From positions 174,160,001 to 174,224,000 of the forward strand of contig NC_086097.1 of NCBI RefSeq assembly GCF_963921235.1: 64,000 bases of DNA, written 5' to 3'. Of the stretch, positions 62,801 to 64,000 are shown piece after piece. The stretch is from Mobula hypostoma. Taxonomy: Eukaryota. Both the position numbers and the translations under genes were made by a program. The notes under the pieces are model-generated. The model ran no database searches. It was given only the letters and a program-made list of their open reading frames with translations, and was not told the origin of the DNA. Numbering within the stretch: the first letter of the stretch is position 1; each line of letters opens with the position of its first letter.

Positions 62801-64000
62801 CTTGTGGGATTGCTTTGCTACTGGAGAGGGTAAATTCCCTTCTGATTGCTGGTGGGATTGCTCTGCTACCAAAGAAGGTAAATTGCCTTCTGATTGCTGG
62901 TGGGATTGCTCTGCTGCTGGAGAGAGGGGACTGCTTTCTGATTGCTTGTGTGATTGCTCTGCTACCAGAGAGGGTAAATTCCCTTCTGATTGCTGGTGGG
63001 ATTGCTCTGCTACCAAAGAAGGTAAATTGCCTTCTGATTGCTGTTGGGATTGGTCTGGTACCAGAGAGGGTAAACTGCCTTCTGATTGCTGGTGGGATTG
63101 CTCTGCTACCAGAGAGGGTAAATTGCCTTCTAATTGCTGGTGGGATTGCTGTGCTACTGTAGAGGGGTGACTGCTTTCTGATTGCTGGTGGGATTGCTCT
63201 GCTACCAGAGAGGGTAAATTGCCTTCTGATTGCTGGTGGGATTGCTCTGCTACCAGATAGAGTAAATTGCCTTCTAATTGCTGGTGGGATTGCTCTGCTA
63301 ACAGAGAGGGTAAATTGCCTTCTGATTCCTGGTGGGATGGCTGTGCTGCTGGAGATGGGGGGCTGCTTTCAGATTACTGGTGGGATTGCTGTGCCAATGG
63401 AGAGGGTAAATTCCCTTCTGATTGCTGGTGGGATTGGTGTGGTACCAGAGAGGGTAAACTGTCTTCTGATTGCTGGTGGGATTGCTCTGCTACCAGACAG
63501 AGTAAATTGCCTTCTAATTGCTGGTCGGATTGCTGTGCTACCAGAGAGGGTAAATGGCCTTCTTATTGCTGGTGGGATTGCTCTCCTACCAGAGAAGGGT
63601 AAATTGCCTTTTGATTGCTGGTGGGATTGGTCTGCTGCTGGAGGGGGGGGGCTGCTTTCAGATTACTGGTGGGATTGCTGTGCCACTGGAGATGGTAAAT
63701 TGCCTTCTGATTGCTGGTGGGATTGCTCTGCTACCAGAGAGCGTAAACTGCCTTCTGATTGCTGGTGGGATTGCTCTGCTAACAGAGAGGGTAAATTGCC
63801 TTCTGATTGCCGGTGGGATTGCTGTGCTACCACAGATGGTAAATTGCCTTCTAATTGCTGGTGGGATTGCTGTGCTACCAGAGAGGGTAAATTGCCTTCT
63901 GATTGCTGGTGGGATTGCTCTGCTACCAGAGAGGGTAAATTGCCTTCTGATTGCTGGTGGGATTGCTCTGCTGCTGGAGAGGGGGGACTGCTTTCTGATT
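41878..64000 (+). repeat. 48-bp tandem repeat array, about 460 units, running off the window end
   Basis: Same consensus unit as 15221-30252. Confidence 0.99.

Larger units (their letters stand above)
30794..64000 (+). repeat. Copy 2 of the large direct duplication, containing second copies of all elements from 4225 to 15220
   Basis: Near-identical to 4225 onward. The distal array landmarks also match (26543 with 61588, 28126 with 63267). Confidence 0.97.

Noticed and set aside
15221..64000. CRISPR-like array
   Set aside because: The units are contiguous near-identical repeats with no unique spacers, there are no cas genes, and the context is eukaryotic.

Overview
This is repeat-rich vertebrate genomic DNA with no host protein-coding gene that I can recognise. 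The repeat repertoire (CR1 LINEs, a V-SINE, Rex/Babar-like LINE pieces, Penelope-type ends, a Tigger-like element) suggests a cartilaginous fish, probably a ray; this is an inference. The window holds two nearly identical copies of one block (4225-30259 and 30794-64000) separated by a 200-N gap. Each copy has ~11 kb of transposon debris followed by a very large tandem array of a 48-bp unit (CTGATTGCTGGTGGGATTGCTCTGCTACCAGAGAGGGTAAATTGCCTT), ~15 kb in copy 1 and >22 kb in copy 2. All the long ORFs in the ORF track come from this 48-bp period. The most informative protein-coding relic is the 3' half of an Academ (AcademX-type) DNA transposon, with the transposase C-terminus, an XPG/FEN1-like nuclease and a Cys-rich zinc finger. 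It is pseudogenised and carries a nested 119-bp insertion with a 6-bp target-site duplication. The array has a Chi octamer (GCTGGTGG) in the consensus unit, appears to have grown out of a CpG-rich retroelement-like head, and shows polar divergence and higher-order blocks. The duplication may be a retained alternate haplotype, and part of array 2 looks like poor assembly consensus.
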